Shown here: piece after piece, positions 1 to 7,710 of the stretch
Layout of the letters: each line of letters begins with the position of its first letter
How positions within the stretch are numbered: position 1 is the first letter of the stretch
Assembly: GCA_024763435.1 (NCBI GenBank)
Contig: JANTFN010000002.1
Coordinates: 1 to 37,378 of the forward strand
Direction: 5' to 3'
DNA: 37,378 nt
Source of the DNA: Thermodesulfobacteriota bacterium
GTDB taxonomy: Bacteria; Desulfobacterota; S145-22
Notes under the pieces: generated by a model
Seen by the model: the letters and a program-made list of their open reading frames with translations, nothing else
Told to the model about the DNA's origin: nothing
The model's database searches: none
Program-made: the position numbers and the translations under genes

Positions 1-143
1 TGGTGTGGAAAGAATTGGACGGAACAGGGGGACATACATAAAATTATAAGTTTATAAGGGAAAACAGAGGCGAAAAGAAGAGCATCCTTAAATATTTCAA
101 TAAATATTTGTTCGCGTGTTATTCCTTTGGAAAAAGACAAGGG

Positions 144-205
144 CGTCCTTAAATAATTCAATTCAAAGGGCAGAGATACGGTATAAAGAAAGTTTAGGAA
201 GCAGT
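144..205. repeat. Direct repeat, copy 1 (upstream flank of the yefM-yoeB cassette)
   Basis: 62 nt: cgtccttaaataattcaattcaaagggcagagatacggtataaagaaagtttaggaagcagt. The perfect 31-nt core gcagagatacggtataaagaaagtttaggaa at 170-200 recurs at 1208-1238. A weaker partial copy (catccttaaatatttcaat) lies at 83-101. Confidence 0.85.
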
Positions 206-523
206 TGCGTCCACTAACAAGGAAGGGTAGGGAATCGGGTATATCCCCGGCGAGCAGGTGGGGATCAGAGGCGGATGTCAGGGTGGCCATCGAGGGAATA
301 GAAAGGGCGCTAAATCTGTCAAGGCTGAAAACCTGATCCCGCAGTATTGCGTTCCCTATAGCACATAATACCTTGCTAATGGGAAAATTGCCGGAGACGA
401 ATTTTGTAGCTCTATTGCAGAATGCGGGAGCGGTAATTTGTCTTTCTAAACAATTTATTGAACGAAGCCGCTATCGCGGCGGGCAATTTTCAGCATTGGC
501 GGTCGAGAGATTACGCTGGAATC

Positions 524-563
524 TTGACATATTGGCCTAAAACATGTACAGCATATAAGTACA
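524..563 (+). promoter_or_regulatory. Putative yefM-yoeB promoter region with TGTACA-type operator cores
   Basis: TTGACA at 524-529 and TTGGCC at 532-537 are candidate -35 boxes. TATAAG at 554-559 is a candidate -10 box, 16 nt after TTGGCC. The palindromic hexamer TGTACA (545-550) and aGTACA (558-563) lie about 13 bp apart centre to centre and overlap the -10 region. An AGGGGG ribosome-binding site precedes the ATG at 583. Confidence 0.5.
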
Positions 564-582
564 GTTTTAAAAGGGGGAAAAT

Positions 583-861
583 ATGTCAATACAGACAACC
601 TATACAAATGCAAGAGCCCGTTTTGCATCGTTAATTGATGAAGTTGTAAAAAACAGGGAGGTTGTTTACATTAAACGGCGTGGTAGCGAGGATGTTGCCA
701 TGATAGCGGCAGACGAATTAGCAGGCATCCTTGAGACCGCACACCTTCTTCGATCTCCTGCCAACGCAGAACGACTCAACTCTGCCCTTGAAAGAGCAAG
801 GAAACAAGAGGGGTTACCTCAGACCATCGATGAACTCCGTAAAGAGGTCGGCCTTGAGTAG
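583..861 (+). CDS. yefM: Phd/YefM-family antitoxin (92 aa)
   Basis: The N-terminus MSIQTTYTNARARFASLIDEV and the segment ETAHLLRSPANAERL are typical of YefM. The size fits, and the gene lies directly upstream of and overlaps a YoeB-like ORF. Confidence 0.9.
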   Translation: MSIQTTYTNARARFASLIDEVVKNREVVYIKRRGSEDVAMIAADELAGILETAHLLRSPANAERLNSALERARKQEGLPQTIDELRKEVGLE

Positions 862-1138
862 CCGGTCTAAATCAAAGAAAAAAAGAGAAGCCATATTTCA
901 GCCTGAGTTCAGGGAAGATTTGCGATACTGGGTTGAGACAGATCGTAGATCGGCCATTCGAATCTTCAAGTTAATCGAGGCAGTCATGCGGGATCCGTTT
1001 CAGGGGATAGGCAAACCAGAGCCTTTAAAGTTTCTCGGCACAGGTGTTTGGTCCCGACGCATTACCCAGGAACATCGACTGGTTTATGTTGTTGGCCACG
1101 ACAGGGTTGATTTTGTGCAGTGCCGTTATCACTATTGA
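854..1138 (+). CDS. yoeB: YoeB/Txe-family mRNA interferase toxin (about 94 aa from a TTG start)
   Basis: The C-terminal 85 aa (FQPEFREDLRYW..DPFQGIGKPEPLK..GVWSRRITQEHRLVY..CRYHY) match the YoeB pattern, including the terminal RYHY. No in-frame ATG lies near the expected N-terminus. A TTG at 854 overlaps the yefM stop codon (859-861). The tracked ORF start at 731 lies deep inside yefM and is unlikely. Confidence 0.8.
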   Translation: MSSRSKSKKKREAIFQPEFREDLRYWVETDRRSAIRIFKLIEAVMRDPFQGIGKPEPLKFLGTGVWSRRITQEHRLVYVVGHDRVDFVQCRYHY

Positions 1139-1176
1139 CACGAATCAGTACAAACAGACAAATAGGGCAAATATAA

Positions 1177-1243
1177 CGTCCTTGAATAATTCAATTCAAT
1201 TCAAATAGCAGAGATACGGTATAAAGAAAGTTTAGGAAACAGT
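1177..1243. repeat. Direct repeat, copy 2 (downstream flank of the yefM-yoeB cassette, upstream of the STAS gene)
   Basis: 67 nt: cgtccttgaataattcaattcaattcaaatagcagagatacggtataaagaaagtttaggaaacagt. It is the same as copy 1 apart from one extra ATTCA unit and a few substitutions. Confidence 0.85.
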
Positions 1244-1259
1244 ATTTCCGCGTCATAAC

Positions 1260-1288
1260 TTGACACACCCCTTGCCTGCCTGTTAAGA
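1260..1288 (+). promoter_or_regulatory. Weak candidate sigma70-type promoter for the STAS-led gene cluster
   Basis: TTGACA (1260-1265), a 17-nt spacer, then TTAAGA (1283-1288). An AAGGGGG ribosome-binding site precedes the ATG at 1315. The -10 box is poor. Confidence 0.3.
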
Positions 1289-1314
1289 AACAAACTTGCA
1301 AAGGGGGTAAAATT

Positions 1315-1656
1315 ATGGAGATATCCCGTGAAACAGTCAATGGCGTGGACGTGGTCAGGTTTTCGGGACGCTTAAATACGACCAGTGCCCCGGACGCGGA
1401 AAAGAAAATTACGACTATCATAGAGGAAAATCCACAGGCGCTTCTCGTCAATCTGGCAGCGGTGGATTACATCAGCAGTGCCGGATTGCGGGTGCTGCTT
1501 CTCGGCGCGAAGATGATGGAAAAAGGGAAGGGGGCGCTGGGGCTTTGTTGTCTTCAAAATGCGGTCAAGGAGGTTTTTGATATCTCTGGGTTTACTGCTA
1601 TTTTCCGCATCTTCAATTCTGAGGACGCCGCGATTAAAGAGATAATGGCTGCATGA
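1315..1656 (+). CDS. STAS-domain anti-sigma-factor antagonist (SpoIIAA/RsbV-like, 113 aa)
   Basis: Size and motif VDYISSAGLRVLL, with the conserved serine (S54/S55) in the position of the SpoIIAA/RsbV phospho-serine, followed by KEVFDISGF. Confidence 0.9.
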   Translation: MEISRETVNGVDVVRFSGRLNTTSAPDAEKKITTIIEENPQALLVNLAAVDYISSAGLRVLLLGAKMMEKGKGALGLCCLQNAVKEVFDISGFTAIFRIFNSEDAAIKEIMAA

Positions 1657-2987
1657 GCGCGTCTTTAATCGAGAGCGCTATGCCTGTTTCGCTGAATACG
1701 TTTGCGGATGCGAGGTTTCTTCCGCTTGTCCTGTCCGTGGTGGAAAACGGCTGCAGGGCCCTGGGGGCCGGGAAGGCGGAAGCTCTGAAGCTGGTACTTT
1801 CCAGTGAGGAAATTTTTTCTCACCTTGCCTCTGTTTTGCCGGAAAAAACACCGCTTCAACTTGGGATTTCAACGGGGATTTACTATGATCAGGTGGAGAT
1901 GTCGGTTCCCGTTGGGAACGTTGATCTTCGGGCCCTGAATCTTACGGCAAGCGTTTCTCCGGAAAGAGCGGGAGACCTTGAGGACATGGGGCTTTTAATC
2001 GCGGCCCGGTCCGTGGATCACCTCCGTATCCTGAAAAACGAAAGCGGGGGCATTACCTTCCGAATTATCAAGGAACGGGCTTATCCTGAGGCAGAAGTTA
2101 TGCCGGATTTGGAAATACCGGAAGAGGCCCGAGAGATGACCGTAACGGCTGCCGAGCCAGAGGCCTTGAAGGCCTTTGTTTATTCTTTAATCAGACACTA
2201 CGAACCCGAGGCGTTTCCGGGCGCGTTCGCCTATCCGGGCAAACTGGTCGATATGATGAGGGGCGGGACGTATGGCAACCTGATCGCGCAGAATCGTGCA
2301 AAAGGGGTGCTGTATGGCGGGGTTGCCTGGCATGTCTTGAATAAACGCGTGGTGGAATGTTTTGGCCCTTATGTTTTTGTAAAAAAGGGTCGGAAAGAAG
2401 TCACGCGCGCCCTGCTGGACGGGGTTGTCGGGAAAATTGCCCGAACCCACGCCCTGGGGCTTATCAACCGGTTCCCTACCCGGGAAATGCCAACGGGATA
2501 TTTTGAGCAGCTCGGAACGGTCATGGATTTTGCGAAAACCGCCGAGGGGCGCGAATGCCCTTATTACTATCGCCTTCTCGACGAAGATCTGGGATCTAAG
2601 GTCTGGGCCACCCCGGAAATTGAAGCCTTTTTAAGAGCGGCCTTCCAGCGGCTTGTGTTGCCGAGGGAAGCCGTGATAACCCACAATGAGGGGGAGCATC
2701 TTCCCGCCCATTCCGTTATCGCGACTGAATTTGAACACCCCATGAAACGCGCCATCCTCCGTCCCATGCTGCTGGGGGAAGACAAGGCCGAAATCCTCAA
2801 CAGCCATGTTGCCGCGCTCGGAGGAGAAGCCATCGGCAATATCCTGTTTGAACTTGACCTTGGAATTTCTTCCAATGCCCTCTGGATTCCCGCGCTTATC
2901 CGGCAGCGTTTTGCCCCGAGGGTCCTCCTGCCGTATGCCGGGAAAGGCGACATCATCGTTTTTCAGTATGACGCAACCGCCGCTTAA
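1653..2987 (+). CDS. Unknown 444-aa protein: N-terminal degenerate RsbW-like (HATPase-like) domain fused to a GNAT-like region
   Basis: ATGA overlap with the STAS gene. Residues ~10-145 align collinearly by eye with the 135-aa kinase encoded at 11045. The kinase motifs are lost: N-box ALVNII becomes IFSHL, G1 DWGIPF becomes PVGNVD, and G2 GGMG becomes EDMG. The C-terminal ~290 aa resembles the protein encoded at 9970-10989. Confidence 0.7.
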   Translation: MSASLIESAMPVSLNTFADARFLPLVLSVVENGCRALGAGKAEALKLVLSSEEIFSHLASVLPEKTPLQLGISTGIYYDQVEMSVPVGNVDLRALNLTASVSPERAGDLEDMGLLIAARSVDHLRILKNESGGITFRIIKERAYPEAEVMPDLEIPEEAREMTVTAAEPEALKAFVYSLIRHYEPEAFPGAFAYPGKLVDMMRGGTYGNLIAQNRAKGVLYGGVAWHVLNKRVVECFGPYVFVKKGRKEVTRALLDGVVGKIARTHALGLINRFPTREMPTGYFEQLGTVMDFAKTAEGRECPYYYRLLDEDLGSKVWATPEIEAFLRAAFQRLVLPREAVITHNEGEHLPAHSVIATEFEHPMKRAILRPMLLGEDKAEILNSHVAALGGEAIGNILFELDLGISSNALWIPALIRQRFAPRVLLPYAGKGDIIVFQYDATAA

Positions 2988-4074
2988 TCAACTCGTTCCT
3001 GCCTATATCCGAGGGTTTGAGGCCTATATTCCCAGCAAACCCGATCCGGAGCTCATGAAGCTGTATGGCTGCTCCCGGATTTTCAGGCTGAATAATAACG
3101 AAAATCCCCTGGGGCCGCCACCCGCGGCCCGCCGGATTATTAAAGACTTTATTCCCTTCAAGGCGTCCATCTATCCCAGCGGGGATGCCTATTACCTGCG
3201 AACCAGGCTGGCCGAGCGATTCGGGTTCCACCCCGATCAATTTATTGTGGGGAATGGTGCCAATGAAGTCATCGCCTTTGTAATCAAGGCCTTTTGCCAG
3301 GAAGGGGACAACATTATCACCGCGGACAAGACCTTTGCCGTTTATGAATGGGTTGCCGAATTTTCCGGGTTCGAGGCGCAACTTGTTCCCCTGAAAGGGT
3401 TTGGATTTGACGACGCGGCAATGCTGGAGCGTATTAATGAACGGACCAAAATCCTCTTCGTCTGCAACCCCAACAACCCGACAGGAAGCTACTGGCCGGA
3501 GGAAAGACTGCGGAATTTTCTTGACCGAATTGACGGCCGGCAGATTGTGGTGGTGGATGAGGCCTATTTCGAATTTCTTGATCAACCAGATTATCCCGAC
3601 GGGATGAAACTGATTGCAGATTACCCCAACCTCGTTGTCTTCCGGACATTTTCCAAGATGTATGGACTGGCGGGGCTGCGAATCGGATACCTCGCGGGAA
3701 GCATGGACGTGGTGGATATCATCCGGCGGACCTGTGTGGTTTATTCCGTGAATGTGGTCGCCCAGGAGGCCGCGCTCGCCGCCCTGGATGACCCGGAGCA
3801 CATCCTGAAGACCCGGGCGCTGATTCGGGAAGAGAAGGCCTTTGTTACCCGTGAACTCGACGCGATGGGGATTCCCTATGTAAGCGGAGAGGCAAATTTC
3901 ATGATGATAAAACTGCCCATCAGCGATACCCTGGCCTATCGGAAGATGATGAAAAAAGGGGTGATGATTCGTTCGATGACGGGATTTCGGTATCCCAATT
4001 ACATCCGCCTGACCCTTCACACCCACGAGGCGATGGAGGCCTTTGTGGCGGCCCTGCGAGAGGTGGTGACATGA
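2968..4074 (+). CDS. hisC: Histidinol-phosphate/aromatic aminotransferase family protein (PLP-dependent, 368 aa)
   Basis: Motifs NNNENPLGPP, NPNNPTG and FSKMYGLAGLRIGY (PLP lysine). I placed the start at the ATG at 2968 (MTQPPLNQLVPAYIRGFEAY), not at the tracked 2806, which would run through the previous gene. Confidence 0.85.
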   Translation: MTQPPLNQLVPAYIRGFEAYIPSKPDPELMKLYGCSRIFRLNNNENPLGPPPAARRIIKDFIPFKASIYPSGDAYYLRTRLAERFGFHPDQFIVGNGANEVIAFVIKAFCQEGDNIITADKTFAVYEWVAEFSGFEAQLVPLKGFGFDDAAMLERINERTKILFVCNPNNPTGSYWPEERLRNFLDRIDGRQIVVVDEAYFEFLDQPDYPDGMKLIADYPNLVVFRTFSKMYGLAGLRIGYLAGSMDVVDIIRRTCVVYSVNVVAQEAALAALDDPEHILKTRALIREEKAFVTRELDAMGIPYVSGEANFMMIKLPISDTLAYRKMMKKGVMIRSMTGFRYPNYIRLTLHTHEAMEAFVAALREVVT

Positions 4075-6377
4075 GCCTTGTTCATGCCCGACCCCTCCAG
4101 ATCGGGGAATCTGAGCCGCGTGCCGACGCCCCCGCCAAGGCGGCAGGTCGTGAGCGCTACGCGATAGACTTTTACGAAGAAGGAATGCTCTGGGCCGGTG
4201 TTAAGCGGGCTGATATTCCCCATGCCGTCTTTGATGGGATCGACGTGGAGGCCGCCCTGAAAGTGCCGGGCGTTGTCGATATTCTCACGGCGAAGGATAT
4301 TACCGGGTCCAATCGCCAGGGAGTGGCGCGTCGCGACCAGCCTGTTCTCGTGGATGACAGGATTCGGCACCGGGGGGACGGTGTGGGCCTCGTCATCGCG
4401 GAGAACCGGGAGGCGCTGCGCACCGCTGTTCAGCGTATTACCGTCAAGGCCACTCCTTTGCCGGGGGTGTTTGATTTTGAGACCGCCCTCCGGGAAGACG
4501 CCCCGCGGATTCACGAAGACCACCCGGATGGGAATATTCTCCTCAAGGGACATCTCGAGACCGGTGACGGCACTGCCGCGTTCAAGGCCTGCGCGCATGT
4601 GGTGGAGGCTATTTTCGAGCTCCCGTATCAGGAACACGCCTATCTCGAAACCGAAGCGGGCTGGGCCGTTACGCGGGAAGACGGCACAGTAGAAATCACC
4701 GCTTCCACGCAAACCCCGTTTCGGGACCGGGCAGAAATAGCCGAGGCACTGGGGATTGAGGAGGAGAGGATTCGTGTCATTGCTCCCTTCTGCGGCGGGG
4801 CCTTTGGCGGTAAGGACGGCATCACGGTCCAGAGCCTTCTCGCCCTGGCGGCCCTGAAATACCCGGGGCGTCCCGTCAAGATGTGGTGGGAACGGGAGGA
4901 AAGCTTTGTGGCAAGCGCGAAACGCCACCGCGCCCGGTGCCATTACCGCCTCGGGGCCGGTGCCGACGGGCGGTTCCACGCCCTGGCGGCGGAACTCTTC
5001 TATGATACCGGCCCCTACGATCATCTCGGTGGCGCGGTCATGGCCCTCGGGTTGGAGCACACGGGCGGCCCTTACCGCATCCCCAATACCTGTTTGAAGG
5101 CGTGGGCGATTTACACGAACAACCCTGTCGGCGGCGCCTTTCGGGCCTTCGGAATCGCGCAGGCTACTGCCGCGATGGAACAGATGGTGGATATGCTGGC
5201 GGAAAAGGCCGGGTATTCTCCGCTGGAAATCCGCCGGATCAACGCCGTCAACCAGGGCGACAAAACCCCCTTGGGCGTTACTCTTCAGACCTCCACGGGG
5301 ATTGTGCAATGCCTTGAAATTCTTCAGGAGCATCGGATGTGGCGGGACCGCGCGGTCTGGAAAAATGAGGCGGGCCCCTTTAAAAAAAGGGGCGTGGGGC
5401 TTGCCGCCGTCATGCATGGCATGGGGTATGGGCCGGTTATCCCCGATGTTGCCAATGCCCGGATTGAACTGACCCACGACGGTCGCTTTCAGGTTGCCTG
5501 CGGGGTTGTGGACATGGGTCAGGGAAATGCCAGCACGTTTCTCCAGATAGCCGGGGATATCCTTTCGCAGGACAGGAAACACCTGACACTTGTCTTGCCG
5601 GATACGGCACGGACCCTACCCTCCGGCTCCGCCTCCGCCAGCCGGACGACCTACACCTACGGCAACGCCCTCATTAAGGCAACGTTTCTCCTCAGGGAAC
5701 GGGTCCTTAAACGCTGCGCGGATCTTATGATGGTCTCCGATCTCGGGGAGCTGGCACTTATCCCGGGTGCGGTTTGCCATGTCACGACGGAAAGGGAATT
5801 TGCGCTGGGCGAAATTGCCCGGGTGATGGACGGGAACGAGCGTGTGGCCGTCGCGCACTTTCGCGCCCCCCAGTCGTGCGAGCTTCCCGATATTGATCCC
5901 AATCTCCGGCTTCACGGAATTCCCCATGTTGTTTTTTCCTATGGGGCGCACCTCGCCGGCGTGGAGGTAGATCTGCTCACCGGCGACATCGCCGTTAAAC
6001 AGTACCTGGCGGTCAGTGATTGTGGCCGAATTCTCAACCCCCAGCTTTTTGAGCAGCAGGTTCAGGGGGGGATTGCCCAGGGGCTGGGTTACGCCCTGAT
6101 GGAGGAAATTCCGGTGGAAAAGGGGGAGATGAAGACCCTTAATTTCTCGACCTATCTCCTCCCGACCGCTCTCGACATTCCCGATATGACGGTTATCACC
6201 GCGGGGGGACATGAAGCAACCGGTCCCTACGGGTTGAAGGGCGTGGGGGAAATGCCCACCAGCGGTCCGCTCCCCGCCGTGGCCAACGCCGTGGCCGATG
6301 CCTGTGGAATCCGACTGCGCCACTTTCCCATGACACCCGAGCGGGTCCTTGCGGCGCTCAAAAAGGAACGTCCATGA
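4071..6377 (+). CDS. Xanthine dehydrogenase/aldehyde oxidase-family molybdopterin-binding large subunit (768 aa)
   Basis: The length fits. Motifs: N-terminal GESEPRADAPAKAAGRERYAIDF, GGAFGGK, and the GVGE active-site region near the C-terminus. The start makes an ATGA overlap with hisC. Confidence 0.9.
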   Translation: MSLVHARPLQIGESEPRADAPAKAAGRERYAIDFYEEGMLWAGVKRADIPHAVFDGIDVEAALKVPGVVDILTAKDITGSNRQGVARRDQPVLVDDRIRHRGDGVGLVIAENREALRTAVQRITVKATPLPGVFDFETALREDAPRIHEDHPDGNILLKGHLETGDGTAAFKACAHVVEAIFELPYQEHAYLETEAGWAVTREDGTVEITASTQTPFRDRAEIAEALGIEEERIRVIAPFCGGAFGGKDGITVQSLLALAALKYPGRPVKMWWEREESFVASAKRHRARCHYRLGAGADGRFHALAAELFYDTGPYDHLGGAVMALGLEHTGGPYRIPNTCLKAWAIYTNNPVGGAFRAFGIAQATAAMEQMVDMLAEKAGYSPLEIRRINAVNQGDKTPLGVTLQTSTGIVQCLEILQEHRMWRDRAVWKNEAGPFKKRGVGLAAVMHGMGYGPVIPDVANARIELTHDGRFQVACGVVDMGQGNASTFLQIAGDILSQDRKHLTLVLPDTARTLPSGSASASRTTYTYGNALIKATFLLRERVLKRCADLMMVSDLGELALIPGAVCHVTTEREFALGEIARVMDGNERVAVAHFRAPQSCELPDIDPNLRLHGIPHVVFSYGAHLAGVEVDLLTGDIAVKQYLAVSDCGRILNPQLFEQQVQGGIAQGLGYALMEEIPVEKGEMKTLNFSTYLLPTALDIPDMTVITAGGHEATGPYGLKGVGEMPTSGPLPAVANAVADACGIRLRHFPMTPERVLAALKKERP

Positions 6378-6853
6378 AAATATCCTTTGCGCTGAACGGC
6401 AGACCTGTTACCCGCGACCTTCCGCCGGACCGGCGGGTTGTCGATGCCTTGCGGGAGGACCTGGGACTGCCTGGAACCAAGGAGGCGTGTGGGACCGGAG
6501 AATGCGGGGCCTGCACGATCCTCGTGGATGGGGTTCCCAGACTCTCCTGCCTGATGCTTGCCGCCCAACTCGAAGGCAGGAAAATCACGACCATTGAGGG
6601 CATCGGCAAAGCAGAAAAGCCGCATCCCGTTCAGGAAGCCTTCGTCGAGGCCGGCGCGGTCCAGTGCGGTTTCTGTACCCCCGGGATGGTACTTACCGCA
6701 GTTCATTTCCTTGAGGAAAATCCCGGGCCTACCCGGGAGGAAATACGTGAAGCCCTGAGCGGGAACATCTGTCGATGCACTGGTTATCAGAAGATCGTGG
6801 ATGCCGTTGAACTGGCATCAAAAAGATTGTCTAAAAAAGGGACAACAGAATGA
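6374..6853 (+). CDS. [2Fe-2S]-binding small subunit of the molybdenum hydroxylase (159 aa)
   Basis: Cysteine motifs CGTGECGACT, CGFCTPGM and CRCTGYQKI. ATGA overlaps on both sides. Confidence 0.95.
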   Translation: MKISFALNGRPVTRDLPPDRRVVDALREDLGLPGTKEACGTGECGACTILVDGVPRLSCLMLAAQLEGRKITTIEGIGKAEKPHPVQEAFVEAGAVQCGFCTPGMVLTAVHFLEENPGPTREEIREALSGNICRCTGYQKIVDAVELASKRLSKKGTTE

Positions 6854-7710
6854 AGGTCTTTCTTCCGGGAACGCTTGAGGACCTCTGGGAACGGTGGGAA
6901 AAAATTCCCAACGCCCGGATTTACGCCGGTGGGACCGACTTTATGGTCAAACTGCGCGAAGGGGCGATTCAGGCTCCTGCCCTGATTTGTCTTGAACGTA
7001 TTCCCGCCCTGACGAAAATCAGAGAGGAAGAAAATACCCTCTTCATTGGGGCAGGGGTTTCTCATGCCGGGATTCTTACCCACCCCCTTGTTCAAACCTG
7101 GTGTCCTGTCCTGGTGGAAGCCCTGCGCGTCCTGGGATCTCCCCTTATCCGGAACATGGGAACCCTCGGGGGTAATATCGCTACTGCGTCTCCAGCAGGA
7201 GACAGCCTCCCCGCCCTCTACGTTCTGGATGCGGAAGTCGTTCTTGCTGATGCTCGTAAAACCCGGGTACTGCCCATAAGCGATTTTATTTTGAGCCCCG
7301 GGAAAACCAGTTTGAAGGAACGGGAAATCATTCGCGGTGTCCGAATCCCCAGGCCCATGCCTTACACCATGTCCCGCTATGAAAAGGTTGGGAAACGGAA
7401 GGCTATGGCTGTCGCGGTTGCGAGCCTGGCCGCCTGTCTTCGATTTGACACGAACGGAGTAGTGAAAATCGCCCGCCTCGCCTGGGGAAGTGTGGGCCCG
7501 ACTATTGTGACGGCTTCCCGAGTCGAAAAGGCGCTTGTGGGATTTCCTCTCAGCCGAAAGCACCTGGAAGAAATTGCTCCGATGGTGGAAGAGGCTGTTT
7601 CTCCTATTGACGATATTCGCGCCAGCGCGGTTTACCGGAAAAAAATAGCCATCAACCTTTTGTGCCGGCTTGCGGGAGACAGCAATTTCAATGGGAGGTT
7701 CACACCATGA
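6850..7710 (+). CDS. FAD-binding medium subunit of the molybdenum hydroxylase (CoxM/XdhB-like, 286 aa)
   Basis: Motifs AGGTDFMVKLR, GTLGGNIATASPAGD and a C-terminal SAVYRKK-type segment. Confidence 0.9.
   Translation: MKVFLPGTLEDLWERWEKIPNARIYAGGTDFMVKLREGAIQAPALICLERIPALTKIREEENTLFIGAGVSHAGILTHPLVQTWCPVLVEALRVLGSPLIRNMGTLGGNIATASPAGDSLPALYVLDAEVVLADARKTRVLPISDFILSPGKTSLKEREIIRGVRIPRPMPYTMSRYEKVGKRKAMAVAVASLAACLRFDTNGVVKIARLAWGSVGPTIVTASRVEKALVGFPLSRKHLEEIAPMVEEAVSPIDDIRASAVYRKKIAINLLCRLAGDSNFNGRFTP

Noticed and set aside
321-356. Possible TPP riboswitch, suggested by GCTGAAAACCTGATCC followed by a small hairpin
   Set aside because: Only the ACCTGATC octamer resembles the TPP aptamer. The CTGAGA element, the P2/P3 helices and the GCG..AGGGAA closing segment are absent or in the wrong orientation, and the downstream genes are a toxin-antitoxin pair, not thiamine genes.
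379-540. A 53-aa ORF (MGKLPETNFVALLQNAGAVICLSKQF...) and a ~45-aa ORF at 205-336 in the ORF-poor region upstream of yefM
   Set aside because: They are short and lack a convincing Shine-Dalgarno sequence or any recognisable family. The first runs into the yefM promoter. I kept them only as a possibility under the finding for 206-523.
731-853. N-terminal extension of the YoeB ORF back to ATG 731
   Set aside because: It would overlap yefM by 131 nt in another frame and add about 40 residues with no similarity to YoeB. The TTG at 854, next to the yefM stop codon, is more plausible.
1184-1205. An ATTCA short tandem repeat (aattca attca attca aa) that could hint at a CRISPR array or phase-variation tract
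   Set aside because: There are only 2-3 units of 5 nt and no spacer structure. It is a microsatellite-like difference between the two repeat copies, lies in non-coding DNA, and shows no evidence of phase variation.
2953-5582. Long minus-strand ORFs (2953-4026, 357 aa; 4017-5582, 521 aa) opposite the hisC-like gene and the molybdenum hydroxylase large subunit
   Set aside because: They are antisense shadows of well-supported, motif-rich plus-strand genes in a GC-rich stretch. Their translations are low-complexity (rich in R, G and P) and contain no recognisable motifs.
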